This document shows positions 19,918 through 28,655 of a stretch of DNA of 64,000 nucleotides, piece after piece. Source of the stretch: an uncultured Acidobacteriota bacterium (lineage in GTDB: Bacteria > Acidobacteriota > Blastocatellia > Pyrinomonadales > Pyrinomonadaceae); the NCBI GenBank assembly GCA_963789185.1, contig CAWBJU010000020.1, forward strand, positions 47,304-111,303, written 5' to 3'. How positions within the stretch are numbered: the first letter of the stretch is position 1; each line of letters starts with the position of its first letter. The position numbers and the translations under genes are program-made. The notes under the pieces were generated by a model. It made no database searches and was not told where the DNA came from. It saw only the letters and a program-made list of their open reading frames with translations.

Positions 19918-20628
19918 CTACTTCGGTTTCTTCTTGTCATCTGGCTTGACTTCGTCACCAGCGACGTCCGGTTCGCCTTTCAACGCGCCTGTAGTGAGAT
20001 CAGGGCGAAGGTCGACGCCGATGAAGTGTGTGAGTCTCTCAACTGCGTCTTCGAGTTCGCGGATACGATCCTCGGGGTTGCCGACGCCTTTGAACAATCG
20101 GGTACCGGGATCCAGCTTGGTCTCTGCGCTGGGTTTTTCAAATTCGGATTTGAATTGGAACTTTTCGGGGAATTCTTTCTCAGGCTTGATTTTCTCGATC
20201 TGGTATTTCTCGAACTCCTTCTCGGGTTTGATCTTTTCGATCTCCTTGTGAAGCTTGTCCGGAAATTCTTTCTCGGGCTTGATCTTCTCCAGTTCCTTCT
20301 GCTTCAACTCTTCCGGCTTCGGCGCAGCGGCCGCTCCTTCTTCGGGCTTTTCGGCGCGGAAAACGATCCCGGGGTCAAAGCCGGGGCCTTCGACGATCTC
20401 CTTGCTGGGCTTCTCCAGGTGCTTCTCACGTTCCTTGAAATCCTTGATCCGTTCCTTGATTTCAATCTTCTCAAGTTTTTCGTGCTTCTCGATCTTTAAC
20501 TCCTTGTACTCCTTGATCTCACGCTTTTCGGGTTTTTCCTTGATCTCGATCTTGAGTTCCTTCTCAGGCTTGATCTTCTCGATCTGCTCCTTTTCGAGCT
20601 TCTTTTCGAAATCTTTGTTCTTACTCAT
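19918..20628 (-). CDS. Lys/Glu-rich repeat protein (EKIKPEKE repeats) with a non-repetitive C-terminal domain
   Basis: Supported by an AAGGAG Shine-Dalgarno 7 nt upstream and a sigma-54 promoter. The motif EKIKPEKE(F/L) occurs 4 times, with many KPEKE/EKPEK variants. The tail reads ...RIRELEDAVERLTHFIGVDLRPDLTTGALKGE.... The plus-strand ORFs over the same DNA are mirror images of the repeat. Confidence 0.75.
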   Translation of the reverse strand: MSKNKDFEKKLEKEQIEKIKPEKELKIEIKEKPEKREIKEYKELKIEKHEKLEKIEIKERIKDFKEREKHLEKPSKEIVEGPGFDPGIVFRAEKPEEGAAAAPKPEELKQKELEKIKPEKEFPDKLHKEIEKIKPEKEFEKYQIEKIKPEKEFPEKFQFKSEFEKPSAETKLDPGTRLFKGVGNPEDRIRELEDAVERLTHFIGVDLRPDLTTGALKGEPDVAGDEVKPDDKKKPK

Positions 20629-20687
20629 GAAACTAACTCCTTGTGTGGGTGAAGTGAGTGGTTGTCTGTGTCAGGTGCGATCACTCG

Positions 20688-20702
20688 GCAAGGAATGTGC
20701 CA
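20688..20702 (-). promoter_or_regulatory. Sigma-54 (-24/-12) promoter of the K/E-repeat / ATP-grasp unit
   Basis: The minus strand reads TGGCAC-ATTCC-TTGC (preceded by C, which is outside this span). This matches the TGGCAC-N5-TTGC consensus exactly. It lies about 60 nt upstream of the ATG at 20628. Confidence 0.7.
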
Positions 20703-20808
20703 GCACAAAAGGCGCAGACGGGTGGGGTTTTCTGACTGTTTTATGACTGAGGGACGAACAGAACTGTAGACAGCCGGAGACACTCGCTATCCGATCGGTT
20801 TCAGTCTT

Positions 20809-20846
20809 AGAAAAAGAAAAACACCCGGGACGTGAATCCCGGGTGT
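20809..20846 (-). terminator. Intrinsic terminator after pilC
   Basis: The minus strand reads ACACCCGGGA-TTCACG-TCCCGGGTGT (10-bp stem) followed by TTTTCTTTTTCT. It lies 43 nt after the pilC stop. Confidence 0.8.
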
Positions 20847-20888
20847 TTGTCATAATGATTATTTTTGTCTCACGACGCTAATTAGTGT

Positions 20889-22118
20889 TTAGTGACCTGC
20901 CGAGAGTTTGCCGATCAGCGTGAACAACGGCAGGTACATCGCGATAACGATCGAACCGATCGTGACGCCGAGAAAACCGATCAGCAACGGTTCGATCAAG
21001 GTCAGCAGGTTGGCGATCGCGGAATCGACTTCGGCTTCATAGAAATCAGCGATCTTGCCGAGCATCGCGTCGAGCGCACCTGTTTGTTCGCCGATGCCGA
21101 CCATCTGCGCCACCATGTGCGGAAATACTTCTGTGGCCTTTAGCGGATCGACGAAGCTTTCACCGCGCTCAACCGCGCTGCGAACCTTCGTAATCGCCTC
21201 TTCGATGATCACGTTACCTGAAGTTTTCGCCGTAATGTCGAGCGATTGCAGGATTGGGACACCAGACGAAAGGAGCGTCGAAAGCGTACGCGAGAAGCGA
21301 GCAACGGATATTTTACGGAAGATGTCACCCAGGACCGGGATCTTGAGCAGGATGCGGTCGATGATTTTGTGGCCGCTCGGAGTTTTGTAATAGAACTTTA
21401 TAGCGACGCCGGTCCCGATCACGCTCGCCAGTATTATCAGCCCTCCCCAACCAGCAAGAAAGTTGCTGATGCCGACCACGATTCTCGTCGGCAACGGCAA
21501 TTGCTCACCTGGTCCGAGCAAACCAAGGAAGATGTTCTGAAACTGCGGGATCACTACCACCATGATCACCGCAACAGCGACGATTGCGAGCACGATCACC
21601 GCGGATGGATAAATCAACGCCGAGATAATGTCGCGTTTTAACTTGACGATCTTCTCGATGAAGGTCGACAAACGTTGCAGAATCAAGTCGAGAATACCGC
21701 CGGTTTCTCCCGCTTCGACCATGTTCGCATAAAGCTGATCGAACACGCGCGGATGGCGGGCCATAGCAGCCGCCAGCGTCGAGCCTTCTTCGACGTCCTG
21801 CCGCACCTGAAGGAGAATCTGCTGAAAGTACTTGTTGTCCTGTTGTTGGGCCAGGATTTCGAGACACTGAACGAGCGGCAAACCGGCGTCGATCATCACC
21901 GAAAACTGGCGCGTGAAGACCGACAGGTCTTTGGATTTAACCTTCTTGCGGTTGCCGATCTTGGGAATTCCGATTTCGCGTCCCTTTTCTTTGACAGAAG
22001 TCAGCGTCACTTGTTCGCGGCGCAGGATCTGTCTCAGGGCCTCGCGATTGTCGGCAACACGTTCGCCGACAACGATCTCGTTCAGTTTGTTGCGTCCTTT
22101 AAAGACGTACGTTGGCAT
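20889..22118 (-). CDS. pilC: Type IV pilus platform protein PilC (GspF family)
   Basis: Two GspF-type repeats, three TM helices, typical length, and position after pilT. Confidence 0.9.
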   Translation of the reverse strand: MPTYVFKGRNKLNEIVVGERVADNREALRQILRREQVTLTSVKEKGREIGIPKIGNRKKVKSKDLSVFTRQFSVMIDAGLPLVQCLEILAQQQDNKYFQQILLQVRQDVEEGSTLAAAMARHPRVFDQLYANMVEAGETGGILDLILQRLSTFIEKIVKLKRDIISALIYPSAVIVLAIVAVAVIMVVVIPQFQNIFLGLLGPGEQLPLPTRIVVGISNFLAGWGGLIILASVIGTGVAIKFYYKTPSGHKIIDRILLKIPVLGDIFRKISVARFSRTLSTLLSSGVPILQSLDITAKTSGNVIIEEAITKVRSAVERGESFVDPLKATEVFPHMVAQMVGIGEQTGALDAMLGKIADFYEAEVDSAIANLLTLIEPLLIGFLGVTIGSIVIAMYLPLFTLIGKLSAGH

Positions 22119-22142
22119 GGCAGTGAACTCCGCGGTTGCTTC

Positions 22143-23318
22143 TTATCTTACGTTTGGTCTTTGACCAACCGGTCGGGGTTGAGCATAAGGACTCGCGTGC
22201 GGTTTCCCGTTGTTGGTATTAACGCCGGCGCCGCGATCGATCAGCTCGCGCAGTTCGTCCACATTCGACGAACGCTGCAAGGCAGTGTCCATACTGATAT
22301 GGCGCTTGTGATAGAGAGTGGCCAGTGCCTGATTGAAGGTCTGCATTCCGTACTTGTCCTGACCGGTCTGCATCATCGAGTAGATCTGGTGGACCTTGTC
22401 TTCGCGGATCAGGTTACGGATAGCACCGTTGGGAACCAGAATTTCAAGGGCCATCGCGCGTCCACTTCCTTCCGCGCGTGGCAGTAATGCCTGACACAGA
22501 ATGCCCTCGAGCACGAGCGAGAGTTGCGCTCGAATCTGGGCCTGCTGGTCAGCCGGAAACACATCGATGATACGGTTGATCGTCGACGACGCTGAGTTCG
22601 TGTGCAGAGTTGCAAGCGTCAGGTGGCCCGTCTCCGCGATACGCAGTGCTGACTCGATCGTTTCGAGGTCACGCATTTCGCCGACGAGCACGACGTCAGG
22701 GTCCTGACGAAGCGCGGTGCGTAGCGCAGCGGCGAAACCGTGGGTATCGGCATTCACCTCGCGCTGGTTGATAAGACAGCCTTTGTGATTGTGAAGAAAC
22801 TCGATCGGATCTTCGATCGTCAGAATGTGCTCGTGACGGTCGCGATTGATCTTGTCGATCATGGCGGCGAGCGTGGTTGATTTTCCCGACCCGGTTGGAC
22901 CAGTGACGAGGATCAGGCCGCGCGGCTTGTTGCACAGTTCTTTGACCACCGCGGGCAGTCCTAACTCTTCGAATGGCTTAATCTCATAAGGAATGGCACG
23001 GAAGACCGCACCAACCGCGCCGCGCTGGTTGAAGAGATTCGCTCGGAAACGCGACAGGCCTTTGACGCCGAAGGAGAAATCGAGCTCCAGGTTTTCCTCG
23101 AAACGATGCTTCTGCGCGTCGGTCAACACCGAGTAAGCGAGTTGCTTGGTGTCGGCCGAAGTCAGGACCCGATACGACTCGAGTGGACGGAGATGTCCGT
23201 CCACTCGAACCTGTGGGGGGGAGCCCGTGGTGATGTGCAGGTCCGAGCCGCCGACCTCCGAGAGCTTTCTCAGCAGTTCGGACAAAGAGATTTGAGGAAC
23301 GGTTTCGTTCAGTCGCAT
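22143..23318 (-). CDS. pilT: Type IV pilus retraction ATPase PilT
   Basis: SDLHITTGSPPQVRVDG, Walker A GPTGSGKST, and the pattern HLTLATLHTNSA. It carries an extra Gly/Pro/Asn-rich C-terminal tail of about 35 aa. Confidence 0.9.
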   Translation of the reverse strand: MRLNETVPQISLSELLRKLSEVGGSDLHITTGSPPQVRVDGHLRPLESYRVLTSADTKQLAYSVLTDAQKHRFEENLELDFSFGVKGLSRFRANLFNQRGAVGAVFRAIPYEIKPFEELGLPAVVKELCNKPRGLILVTGPTGSGKSTTLAAMIDKINRDRHEHILTIEDPIEFLHNHKGCLINQREVNADTHGFAAALRTALRQDPDVVLVGEMRDLETIESALRIAETGHLTLATLHTNSASSTINRIIDVFPADQQAQIRAQLSLVLEGILCQALLPRAEGSGRAMALEILVPNGAIRNLIREDKVHQIYSMMQTGQDKYGMQTFNQALATLYHKRHISMDTALQRSSNVDELRELIDRGAGVNTNNGKPHASPYAQPRPVGQRPNVR

Positions 23319-23360
23319 CTGAATGATCTCTCCTGGAGCAATTTAGTTAACCCCCCGGGG

Positions 23361-24389
23361 TTACTCCTTGCCGCCCTCTGATTTAGCGCGCAACGACTGG
23401 ATGAAGCGTTCTGCTTCGACCGTCATGCGTTCCGCGTATTCAACCGGCGATTCCGTGGTCAGTCCGTAAACGCGGCCATCAGATTCCGTGAAATAGAAGG
23501 TCCACGCCTTTTCGGGTGTGAGCGCATCCTTTGGAGTGCGGCCCGTCACGACGAAAACGCGAGCGCCATTAACTTCGCGGATGAAGTCATTAACTACCCA
23601 GCCACCGTTGTTGACCATCTTGTCGATCACGATTCGTTTCAGATCGGCAACCGGAACACCGGCGAGCATCTTTTTCTGTTCGCGCTGGGTCAGGAAGATC
23701 GGATTCGGACGGCTGAGAGCCACGACTGACAGGTTCATCTGACCCGGCAGTTTGGGTGCACTGCTGTTCGGCGCGATCACCGGACGGACTGCGTTAACAA
23801 CACGCGGTCTCGTAGCGCTAACCGCAGCGTGCGCTGAAACTGTCGCGTTAGCAGGGATCGCTGGTGCGGCGTTAGCAGCCATCGCAGGAGCTACGGCAAC
23901 AGGCGTCGCTGGCGCTACGGCAACAGGCGTAACAGGCGCCTCGGCAGGAATCGCGATTGGTTCAGTGATTGAACGCATCGACGGTCTCGTGGCTTGGGCT
24001 GCGGTCACGTCAGTCTGGATCGTGGCCGGCGCTCTCATTCCACGCGGCGGCAGATCGTTGAACGACAACGAAGTGGCCTTTGCGGGCATTGCAGGCGAAG
24101 CTGGTCCGGCAACGACTGATAGATCGCCAGTCTCAACATTCTGCGGTAAGGCTGTCGCGAGATTCTGCGGTATAGCCATCATCGCGTTGCGACGCGCCAA
24201 TTCTTCCGCCGCACGCCTCGCTCGCAAACGCGCGCGATACCGTCGCCACCAGGCACGTGAACGGTAACGTTTCGACTTCTTCTTCGTTATTTGTGTGCTC
24301 TGCCTGATTCCGTGCGCTGAGTTTGCAAACGGCAGCATTACGCCCACGGAGAGCAGCAGCACCAGCGTTATTGCAATTGTTCTTAACAT
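23361..24389 (-). CDS. Hypothetical secreted protein with a basic stretch and Ala/Pro-rich repeats, embedded in the pilB-pilT operon
   Basis: Signal peptide MLRTIAITLVLLLSVGVMLPFANSA, basic stretch KKKSKRYRSRAWWRRYRARLRARR, repeat APATPVAVAPATPVAVAP, and a globular C-terminus. Gaps of 18 nt and 42 nt to pilB and pilT. Confidence 0.6.
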   Translation of the reverse strand: MLRTIAITLVLLLSVGVMLPFANSAHGIRQSTQITKKKSKRYRSRAWWRRYRARLRARRAAEELARRNAMMAIPQNLATALPQNVETGDLSVVAGPASPAMPAKATSLSFNDLPPRGMRAPATIQTDVTAAQATRPSMRSITEPIAIPAEAPVTPVAVAPATPVAVAPAMAANAAPAIPANATVSAHAAVSATRPRVVNAVRPVIAPNSSAPKLPGQMNLSVVALSRPNPIFLTQREQKKMLAGVPVADLKRIVIDKMVNNGGWVVNDFIREVNGARVFVVTGRTPKDALTPEKAWTFYFTESDGRVYGLTTESPVEYAERMTVEAERFIQSLRAKSEGGKE

Positions 24390-24407
24390 GTTCGGGTTTC
24401 TCCTCGA

Positions 24408-26207
24408 TTAGGCGACCGTTTCGCGAACGACTTCTTCGATCGTTGTCACGCCTTCGCGAATCTTGTACAGACCCGATTCGCGCAACGTGATCATGCCGTC
24501 GTCGACCGCCTTCTTCCTCAATTCAAGTGCGGAGGCACCGATCAGGATCAACTCGCGGATCTCGTCGGTGATTTCCAACACTTCGTAAAGTCCGATACGC
24601 CCTTTGTAACCGGTATTGTTACAGGTCGAACAACCTTTGCCTTTGTAGGTCTTGATCGACTTAGCTTCGTCAGCCGAGAAGCCAACTTCAACCAGGGCCT
24701 CCATCGGGGTCTGTTGTTCCTGTTTACAGTCCTTACAAACGCGACGAATCAGACGCTGAGCCTGGATGAGGTTCACGCTAGTGGCGACAAGGAAGGGTTC
24801 GATGCCCATGTTCATAAGGCGGGAAATGGTTGAGGGAGCATCGTTGGTGTGAAGGGTGGAGAGTACGAGGTGTCCGGTGAGCGCGGCCTTGATGCCGATT
24901 TCCGCGGTTTCGAAGTCGCGGATTTCGCCGACGAGAACAATGTTCGGGTCTTGCCGCAGAAACGCTCTAAGCGCTGCGGCGAAGTTCAATCCGATCTGCT
25001 CTTTCATCTGCACCTGGTTGATGCCCATCAGGTTGAACTCGACCGGGTCCTCGGCGGTCATGATGTTCGTATCGACCGTGTTCAAAGATTGGAGCGCAGA
25101 GTAGAGCGTGTTTGTCTTACCGCTTCCGGTTGGTCCAGTCACCAGGACCATGCCGTAAGGCTTCGAGATATTGCGTTTGAACTTGGTCAACGACTCAGGC
25201 TCGAAACCGAGCTTTGTCATGTCGAGCATCAGGTTCTGTTTGTCCAACAAACGCAGCACGACTTTCTCGCCAAACAACGTCGGCAAGGTCGAGACACGAA
25301 AGTCGAGTTCGCGCGAACGCGCGTCGACCTTCACTTTGATCTTGATGCGGCCGTCCTGGGGGAGACGCTTTTCTGAAATGTCGAGCTTCGACATGATCTT
25401 GATGCGTGAGATCAACGCGTCGCGCATCTTCAGCGGTGGATGCATCACGTCGTAGAGCACGCCGTCGATTCGGAAACGGATGCGCAGCTCTTTCTCGTAA
25501 GGTTCGACGTGAATGTCGGAAGCACCGCGGCGAAGCGCGTCAACCAGCAACACGTTCACGAGCCGGACCACGGGCGCGTCCTCGCTCATGCGCGACAATG
25601 TCGAGAGATCGATCTCTTCGTTGTCTTCGAGTACTTCTACGTCCTCGGCGTCGCCAGGTGTGAAGTCGATGCTGTCGAGCGAAACTAGATCGGCGTGTGT
25701 GATCGAGCCGTTGGAACCATTCGATCCGTTGCGTGACTCGACAGTGACTTCCTCGATGGTCGCGGCGAGTTCGATCTCGCGCGAAGTTCCGTAGTACTTC
25801 GCGATCGCCTGCTGAACGCTGCCTTCGGCAACTACAACCGGTTCGACGTTCAAGCCAGTCATGAACTTGACGTCGTCCATCGCGAAGACATTCGTCGGGT
25901 CGACCATTGCGAGTGTCAGCGTGGCGCCGACGCGCGAGAGCGGCAGGACGCAATGTTTCTGCGCGACTTCCTGGGGAATGAGGCGAAGCACCGCGGAGTC
26001 GATGTTGAAGAGATCGAGGTTGACTGATGGAATGCCGTATTGCCTTGAGAGTACGGCGGTGATCATGTCATCGCTGACCAGACCCAGTTTGACGAGATTG
26101 AAGCCGAGACGGCCGCCATGCTCGCGTTGATAGTCGAGGGCCTCTCTCAGTTTTTGGGGACTAATTAAATTTTCGCGGACGAGAAGTTCGCCTAATTTGG
26201 CTGACAT
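24408..26207 (-). CDS. pilB: Type IV pilus assembly ATPase PilB (GspE family)
   Basis: From the ATG at 26207 the protein starts MSAKLGELLVRENLISPQKLREALDYQ (GspE N-terminal domain). Walker A GPTGSGKTNT; zinc motif CKDCK...CSTCNNTGYKGR. The 39 codons upstream in the ORF track overlap the promoter. Confidence 0.9.
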   Translation of the reverse strand: MSAKLGELLVRENLISPQKLREALDYQREHGGRLGFNLVKLGLVSDDMITAVLSRQYGIPSVNLDLFNIDSAVLRLIPQEVAQKHCVLPLSRVGATLTLAMVDPTNVFAMDDVKFMTGLNVEPVVVAEGSVQQAIAKYYGTSREIELAATIEEVTVESRNGSNGSNGSITHADLVSLDSIDFTPGDAEDVEVLEDNEEIDLSTLSRMSEDAPVVRLVNVLLVDALRRGASDIHVEPYEKELRIRFRIDGVLYDVMHPPLKMRDALISRIKIMSKLDISEKRLPQDGRIKIKVKVDARSRELDFRVSTLPTLFGEKVVLRLLDKQNLMLDMTKLGFEPESLTKFKRNISKPYGMVLVTGPTGSGKTNTLYSALQSLNTVDTNIMTAEDPVEFNLMGINQVQMKEQIGLNFAAALRAFLRQDPNIVLVGEIRDFETAEIGIKAALTGHLVLSTLHTNDAPSTISRLMNMGIEPFLVATSVNLIQAQRLIRRVCKDCKQEQQTPMEALVEVGFSADEAKSIKTYKGKGCSTCNNTGYKGRIGLYEVLEITDEIRELILIGASALELRKKAVDDGMITLRESGLYKIREGVTTIEEVVRETVA

Positions 26208-26322
26208 TTGTGACTCTTGACCTAGCGCGACCGCTACCGGATCTTGGAAAGGATGGAGGCGCCGAAACGGCGCGAGGCATGCTCTACTCAGACAACGATG
26301 AGACCAACATCGTTGTGCACTC

Positions 26323-26352
26323 ATAGTACTGTTTGAACATCAGGAGTGTCAA
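26323..26352 (-). promoter_or_regulatory. Candidate sigma-70 promoter of the pilB operon
   Basis: The minus strand reads TTGACA-N18-TACTAT. It would give a leader of about 110 nt containing two short hairpins (CAACGATG...CATCGTTG and GCGCCG...CGGCGC). Confidence 0.45.
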
Positions 26353-26388
26353 GGGAGGTTTTCCAGCAAAAAGCGTGGGTAATCTAAC

Positions 26389-26427
26389 AAAAAACCGCGC
26401 CGTCTGTTGCGTGAGCAGACGGCGCGG
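26389..26427 (-). terminator. Intrinsic terminator after the TPR gene
   Basis: 12-bp stem CCGCGCCGTCTG / CAGACGGCGCGG with a 9-nt loop, followed on the minus strand by TTTTTTG. It lies 30 nt after the stop at 26457. Confidence 0.8.
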
Positions 26428-26456
26428 ATTGTTGACCAATGGTAGGTCGATCGTTG

Positions 26457-27806
26457 CTATGGACGACGCTTCGGAGGCGCTTTCTTGTCCGGAGTAATAT
26501 TCTCGCTGGCCTTCATTTCCGCCAGGATCGCCTTGGCGTCGTCCTTGAACTGGTGACCGTCAGGCGCCTTGTCGACGAACTTTTGCAGGTAGTTCGCGGC
26601 ATCCTGAAACTTCGCCTTATCGCCCGCGGCATAAAGCGAGAGTCCGGCCCCAAGGTTAGCGTCAGGGCTGTCCGGTGTGGTGGCCAGGATTGCCTGATAC
26701 TCCGCGAACGCCTTATCGGCAGCACCGGAATCGAGCAGCATCTGCGCCAGATCGAGTTGGGCCTTAGTCTTCTTAACGGGATCGGTTTCGGCCGCGATGT
26801 AGTCCTTAAACGCGGTGACTCCGGCAGCAGCCTGCGTGCCGTCGACCTTGCTGACGAACAATCGCATTGATTCCGCCTGTGTTATCAATCCGGCGTATTT
26901 GTTGCCGTTGTACCGCTGTAATTCCGCTGGATCGGTTGGAACCGGCTGTGCTTTGAGAAGTGTTACCGCTTTAGTCGACGCTTCGGCAGCGGCTTTGAAG
27001 TCTGACTTTGCCCCTTCGATCAAAGCGGTTTTGGCAGCATCGTCAACCGTCTTTGCGCTTACAGCGGCATTGTATTTTTGGACGCCCCGGCCTTTTAACG
27101 CGACGGCTTTATTGGTCAAAATTGCCGGCTGTTCCGAGTCGGCCGCGAGTCCTTCATCAAACTGGGTGATAGCCTCGTCGTACTTCTGAATCGCCAACTC
27201 GTTGTTCTTGCCCGCGGCAGTGGCGGCTGTAAGAGCTTCGTTACCAGCCTTGAAAGTTCGTGCGATGATCGCGTTGGCGGCCTCGATCTTCTTGTTACCC
27301 TCTTCGATCTCCTTGTTCTTGCGGAGCAGTTCTTCGCGTTTGGCCTTGTCCTCTTCGCTTTCCTTACCACCGCCAGTGTTGGCCGGCGCGCCTGGGTTGG
27401 CCGGTGCCGCTGTGGCGCCGCCCGCGTTTTTGATCTCGTCGAACGTCAAACGCTTTCCGTCACCCGGTTTGACTTCCAGTTCAACGGGAACACCACGTCC
27501 CGCTCTGACGCCTGGCATGAAGTTCGGCGACGCGGTTGGATGGCTGACGGCGACCACGTAAGTGCCGACGAACGGTATGCCTGCGAATACCCACTCGCCT
27601 TTTTTGTTTGTCTTTGTCTTGTACTCACCTTTTATGTCGGTGCGGAAAACGTCGATTTGGGCGTCAGCGAGGGGAACCTTTTGGCCGTCGGCCTGTGCCA
27701 TCATCACTGTGCCACGGAGTTCGCCAACCTGGGCGACTGCGCTAATCGAAGCGAAACTAAGAAGGACTGCAACTGCAAGCGCTCCGAAAAAGTATTTGCC
27801 AATCAT
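26457..27806 (-). CDS. Secreted protein with an N-terminal carboxypeptidase-regulatory-like beta domain and a helical TPR-like C-terminal region
   Basis: The ATG at 27806 (MIGKYFFGALAVAVLLSFASISAVAQ, signal peptide) is preceded by GGAGGA. LRGTVMMAQADGQKVPLADAQIDVF...GEWVFAGIP is typical of CarboxypepD_reg-like domains. Confidence 0.65.
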   Translation of the reverse strand: MIGKYFFGALAVAVLLSFASISAVAQVGELRGTVMMAQADGQKVPLADAQIDVFRTDIKGEYKTKTNKKGEWVFAGIPFVGTYVVAVSHPTASPNFMPGVRAGRGVPVELEVKPGDGKRLTFDEIKNAGGATAAPANPGAPANTGGGKESEEDKAKREELLRKNKEIEEGNKKIEAANAIIARTFKAGNEALTAATAAGKNNELAIQKYDEAITQFDEGLAADSEQPAILTNKAVALKGRGVQKYNAAVSAKTVDDAAKTALIEGAKSDFKAAAEASTKAVTLLKAQPVPTDPAELQRYNGNKYAGLITQAESMRLFVSKVDGTQAAAGVTAFKDYIAAETDPVKKTKAQLDLAQMLLDSGAADKAFAEYQAILATTPDSPDANLGAGLSLYAAGDKAKFQDAANYLQKFVDKAPDGHQFKDDAKAILAEMKASENITPDKKAPPKRRP

Positions 27807-27908
27807 TGTTAAAGATTCCTCCATCCTGTGTGGTTCGCGTCATCGAGACAGAGTCGTAAGATGCGTGCCCACTGTTGTCTAGTTGTAACTCTGAAAAGTG
27901 CCCTAAAC

Positions 27909-28655
27909 TTAATAAGCTGAGCGACTACTGTCAAGCATGTACGGGATCGGATCGGTCACTCCCGCCTCGCGAAATGCGCGCAGCCGCAGCGCGCAGGAAT
28001 CGCAATTTCCGCAGGCGCGATCCGACTCCTGATAACAGGACCACGTCAGATGCAGCGGCGCGCCGAGATCCAACCCCTTTTTAACGATTTCCGACTTCCG
28101 CATGTTGATGACGGGAGTCTTTATCATTATCTGCGTTTCGGGTTTTGTGCCGACGTCAATCGCCTCCTGAAACGCTGCGTAAAACTCGGGACGACAATCG
28201 GGATAACCGGACGAATCTTCGGCGACCGCTCCGATGTAGATCGCGCTCGCGTTGATAACTTCACCCCAGCTCACGGCAGTCGAAAGCAAGTGCGCGTTTC
28301 TGAACGGGACGTAACTCGAGGGGATCGTGCATGTGGTTAGATCGGGAGCGGTTACCGCGATCTGAGTGTCAGTCAACGAAGAACCACCGATTCGTGCGAG
28401 ATGGTCGAATGAGATAACGAGGCGCAAGTCGACGTTGTAATGATCGGCGATCGCTTCAAAGGCTTCGAGTTCCCGTTGCTGGGTGCGCTGGCCGTAGGAA
28501 ATGTGGAGAAACGCAAGCGCGTCATTCTCTTCGTGGGCGATGGCGGCCGTGACGCACGAATCCATGCCACCGGAAACGAGACAGACTGCGAGCCGTGGTT
28601 GCTCGACGTCTTCGATGTTGACGACCTCTGTCGCCAGTTCCTCCGATCCGCCCAT
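27909..28655 (-). CDS. queC: 7-cyano-7-deazaguanine synthase QueC
   Basis: PP-loop VCLVSGGMDSCV and C-terminal zinc motif CGNCDSCALRLRAF. The ATG at 28655 overlaps the queE stop (TGATG). Confidence 0.9.
   Translation of the reverse strand: MGGSEELATEVVNIEDVEQPRLAVCLVSGGMDSCVTAAIAHEENDALAFLHISYGQRTQQRELEAFEAIADHYNVDLRLVISFDHLARIGGSSLTDTQIAVTAPDLTTCTIPSSYVPFRNAHLLSTAVSWGEVINASAIYIGAVAEDSSGYPDCRPEFYAAFQEAIDVGTKPETQIMIKTPVINMRKSEIVKKGLDLGAPLHLTWSCYQESDRACGNCDSCALRLRAFREAGVTDPIPYMLDSSRSAY

Noticed and set aside
19861-20746. Plus-strand ORFs 19861-20499 (212 aa), 19934-20251 and 20255-20746 with Leu/Phe/Ser-rich repeats
   Set aside because: They are the reverse-complement reading of the K/E repeat. 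Only the minus-strand ORF has a Shine-Dalgarno sequence, a sigma-54 promoter and operon context.
21675-22487. Long antisense ORFs inside well-supported genes: 21675-22487 (+) in pilC/pilT, 38215-39081 (-) in the glycosyltransferase, 43488-44216 (+) in the WD40 gene, 51094-51789 (+) in glycerate kinase, 56794-57492 (-) in lnt, 24849-25376 (+) in pilB
   Set aside because: High-GC shadow ORFs with Arg/Ser/Pro-rich composition and no motifs. In every case the opposite-strand or alternative-frame gene has strong family signatures.
26208-26324. N-terminal extensions offered by the ORF track: 39 codons on pilB, 33 codons on the ADOP permease (14283-14381), 20 codons on PadR (14666-14725), 16 codons on DUF1800 (33055-33102)
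   Set aside because: The extensions are Arg/Cys/His-rich. They overlap promoters or upstream genes and precede the family-typical N-termini, which have their own start codons (with a Shine-Dalgarno sequence where noted).
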